Shown: positions 9,389 through 18,294, counted from the first letter of the stretch. The stretch is 64,000 nucleotides of DNA from an uncultured delta proteobacterium (GCA_963793865.1 CAWCBP010000001.1:288001-352000); one strand, 5' to 3'. The notes: generated by a model not told the origin, from the sequence alone. Numbers and translations are program-made.

Positions 9389-10515
9389 CTGTTTTCAGAC
9401 CTGCAGACATGGTCATATCCCCGCGCCATCATCAGGGCATCAACGATGGTTATGGCGGCCATGGCCTCTATTACCGCGTAGTGCCTTCCCACCAGGGTCG
9501 GATCGCGCCGGGTGATGGGGCTCAGCTCTTCTATCTCCATTTTCTGCACATTGACGCTGTCCTGCTTCAGGCTGATGGTCGGCGTCGGCTTCACCGCGAC
9601 TCTGACCACAATCTCCTCACCGGTGCTGATGCCGCCCAGCAGCCCTCCGGCGTTATTGGTCTTGAAGGTGATTTTGCCGTCCACCGTGGTAAACTGATCA
9701 TTGTTCTCCGATCCCTTCATCTCTCCCACCCTGAATCCTGCGCCAAATTCAACCCCCTTGACCGCGCCGATGGAAAACAGCGCGTGGCCGAGCAGCGCGC
9801 TCAGCTTGTCAAAAACCGGTTCTCCCAGGCCCGCGGGCGCGCCATTGATACGGAGGGTGATAATGCCCCCCGCGGTGTCACCCTCGTCCTTGATTTGGAG
9901 GACCCGCTGGGTCATTTTCTCCGCCGTTTCCAGGTCCGGACAGTTGATTTCGTTTTTGCGATAATTCTTTTTCGCCTCCTCGAAGGTCATCGCTTTGGCC
10001 TTGATGCCCATGCACTCCGAGGTGTAGGCAATGAGGTCGATACCTTCCCGGGCAAGAATAGTTTTTGCTACCGCGCCGCCTGCGACCCTGCCCACGGTTT
10101 CCCTCCCCGAGGAGCGGCCGGCCCCGCACCAGTCCTGGTACTCGCCATATTTCTTGTAAAAGCAGTAGGTGGCATGACCGGGGCGGCAGAGATCCTTGTA
10201 CTCCCGGTACTGATCAATGTGAATCTGCTGGGTGTCAACGTTGTAAATGATTATGCCGACCGGCGCCCCGGTGGTCATTCCTTCCTGGCCCAGCCCTGCA
10301 AAAATGTGGCACTGATCGGTTTCCTGCCGCGGCGAGTTGAGCGGTCCAATCCCCGGCCTGCGCTTATCCATCTCCTCCTGAATGATCTGATCGGATAACT
10401 TGAGTCCGGGTGGCACTCCGTCAACGATGACCGCCAGTCCGCTCCCCTTGCCGATGCCGTAGCTCTCGCCCACGGTGGTGATCCTGAACAATCTTCCGAA
10501 GGTATTGCCTAACAT
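9373..10515 (-). CDS. aroC: Chorismate synthase
   Basis: GNTFG..GES, RPGHA, GRSSGRETVGRVAGGA, GLGEPVFDKL, KPTPTI. Confidence 0.95.
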   Translation of the reverse strand: MLGNTFGRLFRITTVGESYGIGKGSGLAVIVDGVPPGLKLSDQIIQEEMDKRRPGIGPLNSPRQETDQCHIFAGLGQEGMTTGAPVGIIIYNVDTQQIHIDQYREYKDLCRPGHATYCFYKKYGEYQDWCGAGRSSGRETVGRVAGGAVAKTILAREGIDLIAYTSECMGIKAKAMTFEEAKKNYRKNEINCPDLETAEKMTQRVLQIKDEGDTAGGIITLRINGAPAGLGEPVFDKLSALLGHALFSIGAVKGVEFGAGFRVGEMKGSENNDQFTTVDGKITFKTNNAGGLLGGISTGEEIVVRVAVKPTPTISLKQDSVNVQKMEIEELSPITRRDPTLVGRHYAVIEAMAAITIVDALMMARGYDHVCRSENRWREL

Positions 10516-10570
10516 TGTGTTGTATCTCCCCTGTTAAGATGACCCAGTAAGCCTTTGACGAAGTCTGCCA

Positions 10571-10604
10571 GAATATCCCACAACTCTGCTGTGGGGATGA
10601 ATGG
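10571..10604. repeat. CCCACA...TGTGGGG palindromic repeat (copy 1)
   Basis: gaatatcccacaactctgctgtggggatgaat; a related copy lies at 48761-48797. Confidence 0.55.
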
Positions 10605-10607
10605 TAT

Positions 10608-10776
10608 CCTCTCCCCTGGGAGACTGTGTCATAATGTCATTCTGAGGCATCAGCCGAAGAATCTCTGTTTTCAAACTCATTAAGTTTATTAGATTCTTCA
10701 CTTCGTTCAGAATGACAAACATAGCATCTCTTTCATTATGACACAGTCTCTGGTGGGAGAGGGTTAGGGTGAGGGG
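10608..10776. repeat. CCCTCTCCC..GGGAGAGGGTTAGGGTGAGGGG hairpin repeat interrupted by a MITE
   Basis: Removing 10620-10753 rebuilds a repeat that matches the intact copy at 31099-31138. Confidence 0.75.
10620..10750. mobile_element. 131-bp MITE with 17-bp perfect TIRs (GAGACTGTGTCATAATG) and TGG target-site duplication, enclosing a GTCATTCTGA...TCAGAATGAC REP-like pair
   Basis: TIRs at 10620-10636 and 10734-10750; TGG at 10617-10619 and 10751-10753. Confidence 0.82.
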
Positions 10777-10813
10777 GTGTCCACAATCTATTTTCGAATC
10801 AATCTTATCCGGA

Positions 10814-10843
10814 TGTAGAGGCAACCGGCCGGTTGCCCCTACA
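10814..10843. repeat. GTAG-type REP palindrome (variant copy)
   Basis: tgtagaggcaaccggccggttgcccctaca; near-identical to copies at 36577, 47616 and 54854. Confidence 0.85.
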
Positions 10844-10943
10844 ACGAAGACCTTACTTTCGTACTAAAACATCATATCATGAATGAGCGCAAAAGGAAAG
10901 CCGGGGATTGAGTTGATTGAACACGGAAAGGGTGTGTCTATAA

Positions 10944-11996
10944 TCACTCGGGCGGGTCGGGAAATCCCATTGCTGACTGTTGATGAAGCCCGGTTTTGAA
11001 ACGCCTTATTGCTTTTAAATTTTTCGAGAGCTTTATTTTTAAACCCAGGAACTGTGCAAGGGGTTGTACCGCTTCGTAAGCATGCTTGCCGGCAAGTATG
11101 ATTTCAGATGGCAAGAGTTTGTGTGTTTCGATGACTGATACAATCTGCTCGGTTAACGGCGGATATGGATCAGCGGCATACGGTGTCAGGTTGGTGGAGA
11201 GGATAAACCCTGACTCATGATGCGCGACCGCAAGTATTCGGGCAAAGTACGGGCGATCCCGATCCTGTATTATGCCGGGCATGAGAAAGCCGTCTGCTTC
11301 CCATGCAGTATCCGGCTTGAGGTTCATTTGTTTTATTTTTTGAAGCCGGATTTCATTACATGGTAACCGGGCGGTTGCGGGGTCGGGTACAGGCTCCGGT
11401 CTTAGCCATTCCTTTAACCAGAAAAGGGTGCCGTTTTCTCCTCGTTGCGGCATATAGGTAAGATAGTGATCATGTTTATCGCTGTGCAGAATGGACTGAT
11501 CTTTAAGGTAATCTGCGGCAAAATGACAGGCAGCTGTAAGGGCAAGGGTGAGAAAGCTGACCTCCGTTTCATTTAAAAACCACTGGCTGTAACCGGGCAG
11601 GTAACTTCTGAACCGGGGATATTGTTTGCGTCCTCGTATGTTAAGATTCAGCGATTTGAGAATGGAGAGATCTTCTTTTTCCAGCTCCCGCCGATCGGCG
11701 AATTCGGCAAGGATGGCATTCTGCCCGGCAATTATCTCATCATCCCCCGGTCCAATCATGCCGGATTGAATGCGCTGGTAGAATTCCAGCCCTTTACTTC
11801 CCCGGTACACACACAGGGCTATAACTTCTCCCAGCGTCCCGAGCACGCAGCAGTAACCGGTCTGCCCGGTTAAGGGATCCTTCACCGCGAACAGTTGATC
11901 ATCATAGAGAAAACGCCAGGGCATTAAATCTCTATATTCGAGCGCGGCCTCATAGAGAGGCCGCCATACATCAAGCGATACTTTAGGAGCTTTCAT
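10944..11996 (-). CDS. Conserved hypothetical protein (DUF7309/DUF6930-like)
   Basis: 350-aa ORF with PWRFLYDDQLFAV.DP...GYCCVLG.LGE and FRSYLPGY.PW-like motifs. Family assignment is from recall. Confidence 0.65.
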   Translation of the reverse strand: MKAPKVSLDVWRPLYEAALEYRDLMPWRFLYDDQLFAVKDPLTGQTGYCCVLGTLGEVIALCVYRGSKGLEFYQRIQSGMIGPGDDEIIAGQNAILAEFADRRELEKEDLSILKSLNLNIRGRKQYPRFRSYLPGYSQWFLNETEVSFLTLALTAACHFAADYLKDQSILHSDKHDHYLTYMPQRGENGTLFWLKEWLRPEPVPDPATARLPCNEIRLQKIKQMNLKPDTAWEADGFLMPGIIQDRDRPYFARILAVAHHESGFILSTNLTPYAADPYPPLTEQIVSVIETHKLLPSEIILAGKHAYEAVQPLAQFLGLKIKLSKNLKAIRRFKTGLHQQSAMGFPDPPE

Positions 11997-12414
11997 ATGG
12001 ACAGTTAATTAAAAAAGATTCTTGCGTTTGAAAACCGAGCAGATGCCGATTGCCGGCTTGTTATTGCGGCATGTGTTTATAGCCCGTAGTAGGCACGCCT
12101 TAAAGCCGCGAATGCATCGCACATGCATGCACTTATACATATATTTTCACTGTGACTGCGGCTACCATAATGCGAAAGGAATTTTATGTCAATTACAAAA
12201 ATGCGATAAAACGCTTACTAAAATGCCGGTAATTGGCATGGTTACATGTGCTCAGGCTGTGGTGACTTCCGCTCACCACGTCCGAAGCGTTAATTCTTTT
12301 GCCACTGATAATAAAAACTGTTAGAATAATGGTGCCGGCAAGTAAGCATCACAAAACAGGTGAACAGTTAATGCAAGTTCCGGGTTATGTGAGCAAATTG
12401 GGAGCAACGATGCA

Positions 12415-12657
12415 ATGATCCGCAATAAAGCCACAACCAATAACAGGGTCAGAAGCAGAATGCCGCACCGCCGAAATGAGCTCTTGAAGTTTGAGCGTGA
12501 TTTTTTGAGAAAAGAAAAAGTGGATATGACAAGGAATTTTCATATCATAGAGGCTCTTTATAAAGAGGCGGTGACTCTTGGTGCCATGCCGTTAAAAAAT
12601 CCTCTTGATGGAATAGAAGTTGATCTAAAAATAGCAAAGGTCATTAACAGTGTTTGA
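12415..12657 (+). CDS. Small hypothetical protein, possible antitoxin partner of the downstream nucleotidyltransferase (start may be 12460)
   Basis: Overlaps the next gene by 8 bp; C-terminal PLDGIEVDLKIAKVINSV. Confidence 0.6.
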   Translation: MIRNKATTNNRVRSRMPHRRNELLKFERDFLRKEKVDMTRNFHIIEALYKEAVTLGAMPLKNPLDGIEVDLKIAKVINSV

Positions 12658-13207
12658 GCAATTGCTTCGCAAGATAGCTCTGCAGTTCAAGCAAGCGTCA
12701 ATTCCCTACATGGTGATAGGTGGCCAGGCTGTTCTTCTCTATGGAGAGCCCAGACTGACCAGGGATATTGACATCACATTGGGGATTAGCGCGGACGGGT
12801 TGAATAAAGTTAAAAAAATCGTTTCGATCATTGGCCTCAAAAGTCTTGTTAAGCAGGAAAAAGATTTCGTGGAGCGGAATATGGTGCTGCCTGTTATAGA
12901 TAAAAAGAGTGGAATTCGGGTTGATTTTATCTTTTCCTTCTCTCCTTATGAAAGGCAAGCCATCGAACGAGCGAAGAATATTAAATTGGGCAGATCGATG
13001 GTTAGATTTGCTTCTCTTGAAGATGTGGCCATCCATAAAATAATCGCCGGAAGGGCGCGAGACCTTGAGGATGTAAAATCTATTTTCATTAAGAATCAGG
13101 GGTATGATTCAGTTTATATTGAAAAGTGGTTGAAGGAATTTGACAAATCGTTGGGAGTGCAATTCTTAACGGTCTTTAGGAAGATAAAAAAGGATATCCG
13201 TGGCTGA
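12650..13207 (+). CDS. Nucleotidyltransferase (DUF6036/AbiEii-like)
   Basis: YMVIGGQAV..YGEPRLTRDIDI and K.IAGR.RDLED motifs. Confidence 0.8.
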   Translation: MFEQLLRKIALQFKQASIPYMVIGGQAVLLYGEPRLTRDIDITLGISADGLNKVKKIVSIIGLKSLVKQEKDFVERNMVLPVIDKKSGIRVDFIFSFSPYERQAIERAKNIKLGRSMVRFASLEDVAIHKIIAGRARDLEDVKSIFIKNQGYDSVYIEKWLKEFDKSLGVQFLTVFRKIKKDIRG

Positions 13208-13254
13208 TCGCTGTAGCAGTAATTGTTTGTCTTCACCATGATTAAAATATCAGC

Positions 13255-13309
13255 TTGACAGCCGGCTTATAATAAATTACCATTTAGCAATATTGCTAAA
13301 TGGTAATTT
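13255..13309 (+). promoter_or_regulatory. Sigma70 promoter (TTGACA-17-TACCAT) overlapped by a perfect 36-bp palindromic ArsR-type operator (13274-13309)
   Basis: AAATTACCATTTAGCAATATTGCTAAATGGTAATTT is self-complementary and nearly identical to the operator upstream of arsR at 26100-26131. Confidence 0.82.
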
Positions 13310-13325
13310 GCTTAAAGGGGTGTCT

Positions 13326-13382
13326 ATGAGAGAACTGGTTAAGGTATTAAAGGCGGTGGCGGAGGCTAACCGACTGAGATTA
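13326..13382 (+). pseudogene. arsR: 5' remnant (about 18 codons) of an arsR gene
   Basis: Translates to MRELVKVLKAVAEANRLRL versus MRELVKVLKAVADQNRLKI of 25684-26079; similarity stops at the convergent gene's stop codon. Confidence 0.8.
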
Positions 13383-13796
13383 AATAAGCATTTTACCGAC
13401 TTCACCGGCAATGTCTTCTATTTGAATGCTCCCGGCGCGTTTAACTTCTTCTTCAATAACGACAATCGGTGAAGGCAGTTTCTTAGTGACCAGCAGTTGC
13501 CCGAATTTTGATTCTTTTTCCTGTGGCACCCAAAGCAGATTAACATATTCTGTGGATGTCCTGCCCGGATATAATTTTTCCAAAGTAGATTTAATCTCAT
13601 TAACCATCATCTGAACCGAAGCATAGCCGGGCCCGCAGGTTATTGGATTGCAGCCTAATGCAATGGCAGGCAGGTCAAAAATTCTAATTTTCACAAAATT
13701 TCTTTTTTCTATCTCCTGTTTTTTGGGTTCATAATAGATTTTTTTTAAATAACCAACAATGGCAGAGAATTTTTTGTGTTTTAACGAAACATCCAT
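13380..13796 (-). CDS. Thioredoxin-fold small protein (ArsD/YuzD-like), paralog of 16581-16925; start uncertain
   Basis: Shares V.IRI.DLP, YPG.T..EY, EKES..GQLLVTK..P.P.VVI and AGSIQ with 16581-16925; has CxxxxC. Confidence 0.65.
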   Translation of the reverse strand: MDVSLKHKKFSAIVGYLKKIYYEPKKQEIEKRNFVKIRIFDLPAIALGCNPITCGPGYASVQMMVNEIKSTLEKLYPGRTSTEYVNLLWVPQEKESKFGQLLVTKKLPSPIVVIEEEVKRAGSIQIEDIAGEVGKMLI

Positions 13797-13912
13797 ATAA
13801 TTATTCCTTTAAATCCTTTGCTAAAATCTTCCTCCATACACCGATTACATGTTGCAAAGCAGATAAATGATACAAACTAATAATCACCTTGATGAAATTT
13901 ATCACCCGCCAA

Positions 13913-14788
13913 TCACATACAATTAAAAAAGTGGCTTGCGCGGTATGAACTTCTCACCAATGGTCCTGCCGCTACACTTTCAAAGCCTGCATTTAAAGCT
14001 TTTTGCCGCCAGAGCTCAAACTCCTTAGGTTCAACGTAACGAGCCACCGGGAAATGGTGGATTGATGGGGCCAGGTATTGACCAAGTGTAAGCATAGTAC
14101 AGCCCACCTGTCGAAGATCTCCCAGTACAGCCTCAACTTCTTCACCTGTTTCTCCCAATCCAAGCATTATCCCGGATTTGGTGATGATTCCGGGAAATAT
14201 TTCTCTGGCTTTGCGAATAATTTCAAGAGATAGCAGGTAAGTGGCACCCTTCCGTATCTCTGGATAAAGCCGGGGGACCGTTTCCAGATTGTGCGCAAAA
14301 ATATCCGGCCGAGAGGCCAGTATCGAAGCTAGCGCCTCAGTTGAGCCTTTAAAATCCGGCACCAACAATTCTACCGTGACTCCACGACAGCATTCCCGCA
14401 AGGTTTCTGTTACCCGGGCATAGTGATGTGCACCGCCGTCTGCAAGATCGTCCCTGGTTGGAGAGGTAATGACAACGTGGCGGAGACCCAATGCATTCAC
14501 CGCTTGAGCAAGTCGTTCCGGCTCGTCATGATCAGGTAATTGAGGTTGCCCGCGTGTTACGGCACAAAAAGTACAGCCACGTGTGCAGATATCCCCTAAT
14601 ATCATGAAAGTGGCTGTATGGTGAGAAAAGCATTCTCTAAGGTTTGGACAACGGGCGCTGCTGCATACCGTATGCAAGTTAAAGCGTGATAACACACTGC
14701 TGGTCTGTTTCACTTGTTCAGCCTTGCTAGCAACTTTGGTCCGACGGATTTCGGTGAGCAACCATCGGGGCGCTGACAGTGACATCAC
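13913..14788 (-). CDS. lipA: Lipoyl synthase
   Basis: CxxxxCxxxxxC (CSSARCPNLREC), CTRGCTFC, HNLETV, GQYL.PS, PLVRSSY. Confidence 0.96.
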   Translation of the reverse strand: MMSLSAPRWLLTEIRRTKVASKAEQVKQTSSVLSRFNLHTVCSSARCPNLRECFSHHTATFMILGDICTRGCTFCAVTRGQPQLPDHDEPERLAQAVNALGLRHVVITSPTRDDLADGGAHHYARVTETLRECCRGVTVELLVPDFKGSTEALASILASRPDIFAHNLETVPRLYPEIRKGATYLLSLEIIRKAREIFPGIITKSGIMLGLGETGEEVEAVLGDLRQVGCTMLTLGQYLAPSIHHFPVARYVEPKEFELWRQKALNAGFESVAAGPLVRSSYRASHFFNCM

Positions 14789-14833
14789 GCCATCTCCCGG
14801 AAGAGCGCCATCATCTGTTTTCGTGATGAATGT

Positions 14834-15259
14834 TCACGGTTGGATAACAATGTCTGGTTTGATGATAATCTCAGACTTAAGGGATTGGTTGATGGTGGAG
14901 TATTTCAGGGCCATATCCAATGCCCGCTGGACGAGTTCCTTGGACTTGCCTTTGACCACAATTTTGGGATACAGGGTCATCTTCTTAAACCACGAAGTCC
15001 GATCAATAAATTCCTCCACCTCGCCTTCAGCTTCGCATTCCAGAGAAACTGGGTTCAACTTGAAGCGCTCCGCAGCCCAGATAACCATCATCAGATAACA
15101 GGTGTTGGATGAGGCGACAAAAGCATCCTCAGGCGTAAGCACATTGGGCATGCCATGAAGATCCGGTGGAGCTGAAAACTTCATCTCAACACCGTTTTGG
15201 CACCAGGTGTATCCCTCATGGCCGCCTCGCCATGCAACCTTGTTTTTATAAACCGCCAT
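14834..15259 (-). CDS. OsmC/Ohr family protein
   Basis: FSAPPDL.G....TPEDAFVAS.NTC pattern; the usual C-terminal Cys position reads YSTI. Confidence 0.8.
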   Translation of the reverse strand: MAVYKNKVAWRGGHEGYTWCQNGVEMKFSAPPDLHGMPNVLTPEDAFVASSNTCYLMMVIWAAERFKLNPVSLECEAEGEVEEFIDRTSWFKKMTLYPKIVVKGKSKELVQRALDMALKYSTINQSLKSEIIIKPDIVIQP

Positions 15260-15291
15260 GTTTGCTCCTTTCTATGAAAGGCAATCTTATC

Positions 15292-15702
15292 TCATTCTTC
15301 CAGAACCGCGTCTACTGCCTTGGCAATCGCTTCTGCCACCGCTTGAACAGCAGGCGCTTCCTCCGGCCCGAAATTTCTCAGTTTGATAGGTGGAGCAATG
15401 CCGCGCTTCTTTAAAACCTCGGGAATGAGTATCGATCTACTGGGCTTACCGGAAAGCTTTTCAGTGGCCTTCGCAGCACATAATTTCTCACAGCCATCCA
15501 CTGTAATAGTGGGGTATCGGGAGGCAAAGGCTCGTTCCTCCTCACCCCCTGCGATAAACAACGGCAAACAAATGGTTACTGTTTCACCGGGCTTGAGTTC
15601 ATCGAGAACCTTGCGGCAGGACAAGCGGCATAACGTTCCCTGGGGTATGCCCTCACCGCTGCAGGAAACAATTCCAACCTTTGTGATTTGGATATCAATC
15701 AT
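15292..15702 (-). CDS. DGC-domain putative zinc-binding protein
   Basis: GIVSCSG, TICL, TVDGCEKLCA. Confidence 0.85.
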   Translation of the reverse strand: MIDIQITKVGIVSCSGEGIPQGTLCRLSCRKVLDELKPGETVTICLPLFIAGGEEERAFASRYPTITVDGCEKLCAAKATEKLSGKPSRSILIPEVLKKRGIAPPIKLRNFGPEEAPAVQAVAEAIAKAVDAVLEE

Positions 15703-16115
15703 GTATCTCCTTCCGCGGCCAGTCGATCTACAGTTGCAGCCAATTCATCCGCCGCCACTGCGGCCAGCTTTTGGCCGGCAGCATTCAATTGTGCCAACCC
15801 TTCCGGCTTGAGGTCCCGATGCGCCGTGAAAAATTTTATAGCCTGGCATGCCTCGGCTGCTTTTTCCCCAAGCGCTTCCAAACTTTTTTTCGCACACTCC
15901 CTGGGACAACCATCAATGGTGATCACCGGGTTTTCAACAACCAACTGCCTGGCTTCCGGATCATTAATTACCAGAAGCGGAAGGCATGTCAAGGCGGCCA
16001 CACCCGGCCGAACCCGCTCTGCCAGTTCATAGGCGATCTCCCGCGCCAGAGCCCCATAGGCCTTGCCAATACCGCTGCACGGCAACACCACTACCTTTTT
16101 TGGTTTCTTATCCAT
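15699..16115 (-). CDS. DGC-domain putative zinc-binding protein
   Basis: VLPCSGIG, LTCL, TIDGCPRECA; overlaps both neighbours. Confidence 0.85.
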   Translation of the reverse strand: MDKKPKKVVVLPCSGIGKAYGALAREIAYELAERVRPGVAALTCLPLLVINDPEARQLVVENPVITIDGCPRECAKKSLEALGEKAAEACQAIKFFTAHRDLKPEGLAQLNAAGQKLAAVAADELAATVDRLAAEGDT

Positions 16116-16563
16116 ATAACCTTTTTGCCTCCTGATTGATCTTTTCTTTCATCACCCCAAAGTAGTCTTCAGCTTTGAGGAGGCCGACCTTGTCCCCTTC
16201 AGGTTCGGTCAATTCAATCCTGTATATCCATCCTGTACCATAGGGGTCCTGATTGATCAGATAAGGATTCTCGTACATCTCAGGATTGACTTCCACCACC
16301 TTACCGGTCACTGGGGAAAGTATATCAAAGGTTGCCTTAATGGTCTCGATGGTACCGATTCCCTGTCCCTGTTTCACCTCTGTACCCGGTTGTATGGTCT
16401 CAAGCAAGACAACATCGCCACTGACCTTCTGTTTGAAGTCGGTTACTCCTACCGTGGCTATGTTGCCTTGCAGGTATCCCCAAAAATCGTCCTTGGTGTA
16501 CAAGCAATCAGTTTGTACCCGAAAAATGAATTTATCATACGTGGCTTCAAGGAATTTTTCCAT
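16108..16563 (-). CDS. gcvH: Glycine cleavage H-like lipoyl carrier protein
   Basis: ATVGVTDF.Q...GDV, IETIKAT lipoyl-Lys, SPVTGKVVEVN, INQDPYG.GWI. Confidence 0.9.
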   Translation of the reverse strand: MEKFLEATYDKFIFRVQTDCLYTKDDFWGYLQGNIATVGVTDFKQKVSGDVVLLETIQPGTEVKQGQGIGTIETIKATFDILSPVTGKVVEVNPEMYENPYLINQDPYGTGWIYRIELTEPEGDKVGLLKAEDYFGVMKEKINQEAKRLYG

Positions 16564-16580
16564 AGTATCTCCTGCTTGCT

Positions 16581-16925
16581 TTACGAATTCAGGATAGTAC
16601 CCACTTCCGCAACTATCTTCTTGACTTGGATGGAGCCTGCGAATTTGGGTTGACCATCAATCACCACCAGAGGGGTCGGATATTGTTTTGTAACCAGCAG
16701 TTGTCCGGTTTCACTTTCCTTCTCTGCCGGGGCATGACGCAGATCCAGATACTCAACCCCCGTTTTACCCGGATAACTCTCCTCGAGTGCTGCTTTGAGT
16801 TCTGTCACCTTCTGCTGGAGCATGGCAGCGTATTCAGGGCTCAGGGAAAGGTCACTGCATGCACAACCACCCCCGGCTCCCGGCAAATCCAGAATCCTAA
16901 CCGTCACCAAGCTATTCTTGGCCAT
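16581..16925 (-). CDS. Thioredoxin-fold small protein (ArsD/YuzD-like) with GGGCAC motif
   Basis: N-terminal CxC and C-terminal YPTPLVVIDG..KFAG thioredoxin-like strand pattern; AGGAG RBS. Confidence 0.65.
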   Translation of the reverse strand: MAKNSLVTVRILDLPGAGGGCACSDLSLSPEYAAMLQQKVTELKAALEESYPGKTGVEYLDLRHAPAEKESETGQLLVTKQYPTPLVVIDGQPKFAGSIQVKKIVAEVGTILNS

Positions 16926-17005
16926 GGCGTTTCTCTCCTGTTACCAGTTAATAGAATTGTCATAAAAGTCCTGAATTTCGAAGGCAGGTAACAATAGTCC
17001 GGCGT

Positions 17006-18260
17006 TTAGGGACACTGGATAACACCCTGTGCCCACAGGCACCCTCCGCAGGTTGGAAAGGCATTGCCGAAGCAATCCTCTTCATTTGCTCCGGAGAAAT
17101 CACAGCCGCCGCAATAGGTACAGGGTGAAAACTGAAACGACTGCACCCGTTCCCTGAAGGCAACATAGTCAGGTTTTAACCACAGTTCTCTCATGGTGTG
17201 CTCGTTTACATTTCCGATTACGTAGCGTTTGGAATCCCGTTTGCGATCGTTCAGAAAGCTGGTATGGCTGTGCAACAGCGGCAGGCAGGGGCTCACGCTT
17301 CCATCCCAGCAAATGGCAGTAGCGCCTTTTTCTATAAACGGACAGTAGTTGCTTGGATTGCTTTTTATGAGTTTATCGCCATGTGTTCCCTGCCATTCGC
17401 GGGCAATATTGTAAAGCGGTTGACGGGTGATTTCAGTCGAGTCAATTCTTGAAAGTGTCAGCTGCGGCAGCCAGGGGGAAGGGTCGCTGGTAACGTTGAT
17501 GAGGACTGCGTTGTATAGCACCTCATCGCATAACTCCTCTGTGTAGGGAAGGACATTGGTTATCAAGAAACGATCAGCAAGCAGCTTTCGACCGATCCGA
17601 ATTACTGCAGGAAGCTCTGCAATGTTTCTCCTCATTGCTACAAAGGCTATGCCGATATGAGGATGGCGCTGCGTAGCATTCCAGCTTTCCTTGCGGAAAT
17701 TCATAACATTGGCAACCACTTCATCCAATGCGGCGCCGGGACGAACCCCCCCGTAGCCCTCGTCCGTTGAGCCGTCCAGTGAAACCCAGAGCACATCGAG
17801 CCCCGCCTCCGCCAGCCGGAGCGAAAGGTCATGATTGAGAAGCGTCCCATTGGTTATCAACTCAACCTGTGCTTCAATGCTTTTAGCCTTGGCTACCATG
17901 GAGGCAATAGCCGGGTGAAGCAGCGGCTCTCCGAACCCCCCGAAAACGATGGTAGGCGGTGTTTCAAAAGGGCGGAGTCCATCAATGATCCGTTCAAAGG
18001 TGGCGCTATCCATGTTGCCCATGGGTTCATCCCAGGTGTTGCGTATGCAGGTGCGACAGGTAAGGTTGCAGTGGCTGGTCGGCTCGATATAGACCTTTGC
18101 GAGATGGCTTATCGGCTTCCGTAAAAGTATGCTGTGTTGCATCTTCACTTACCGGTAGCCTGGCCCCGGGCTTCAGCCCGTGCCGGCGCAATACCTCCTC
18201 GGGCAGAATCAATCTTCCCTTTTCATCTACGTGTGCATCCGAAGCAGATTTAATTTTCAT
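17006..18260 (-). CDS. Radical SAM/SPASM protein with N-terminal AbrB-like domain (tungsten-cofactor oxidoreductase maturase-like); +1 frameshift near 18135
   Basis: CNLTCRTC and a Cys-rich SPASM tail ending CGGCLWAQGVIQCP. The upstream piece VDEKGRLILPEEVLRRHGLKPG (AbrB-like) joins it if one base is removed. Confidence 0.78.
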
Positions 18261-18294
18261 AAGTCTTGCTCAATTATGATTAGTAAATAGCGTG

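Noticed and set aside
10534..10824. 96-aa ORF, and the similar 83-aa ORF at 36539-36790
   Set aside because: These are translations of nested repeat elements, not credible genes.
12121..12143. CATGCACTTAT shared with the arsR2 upstream region (30123)
   Set aside because: Only an 11-bp match with weak dyad symmetry; too little to call an operator.
13913..15259. OsmC and lipA are in the same frame, separated by one TGA and 15 sense codons (possible readthrough fusion)
   Set aside because: The TGA follows a complete OsmC domain and is not in a redox motif, lipA has its own GGAG RBS, and no convincing SECIS is visible.
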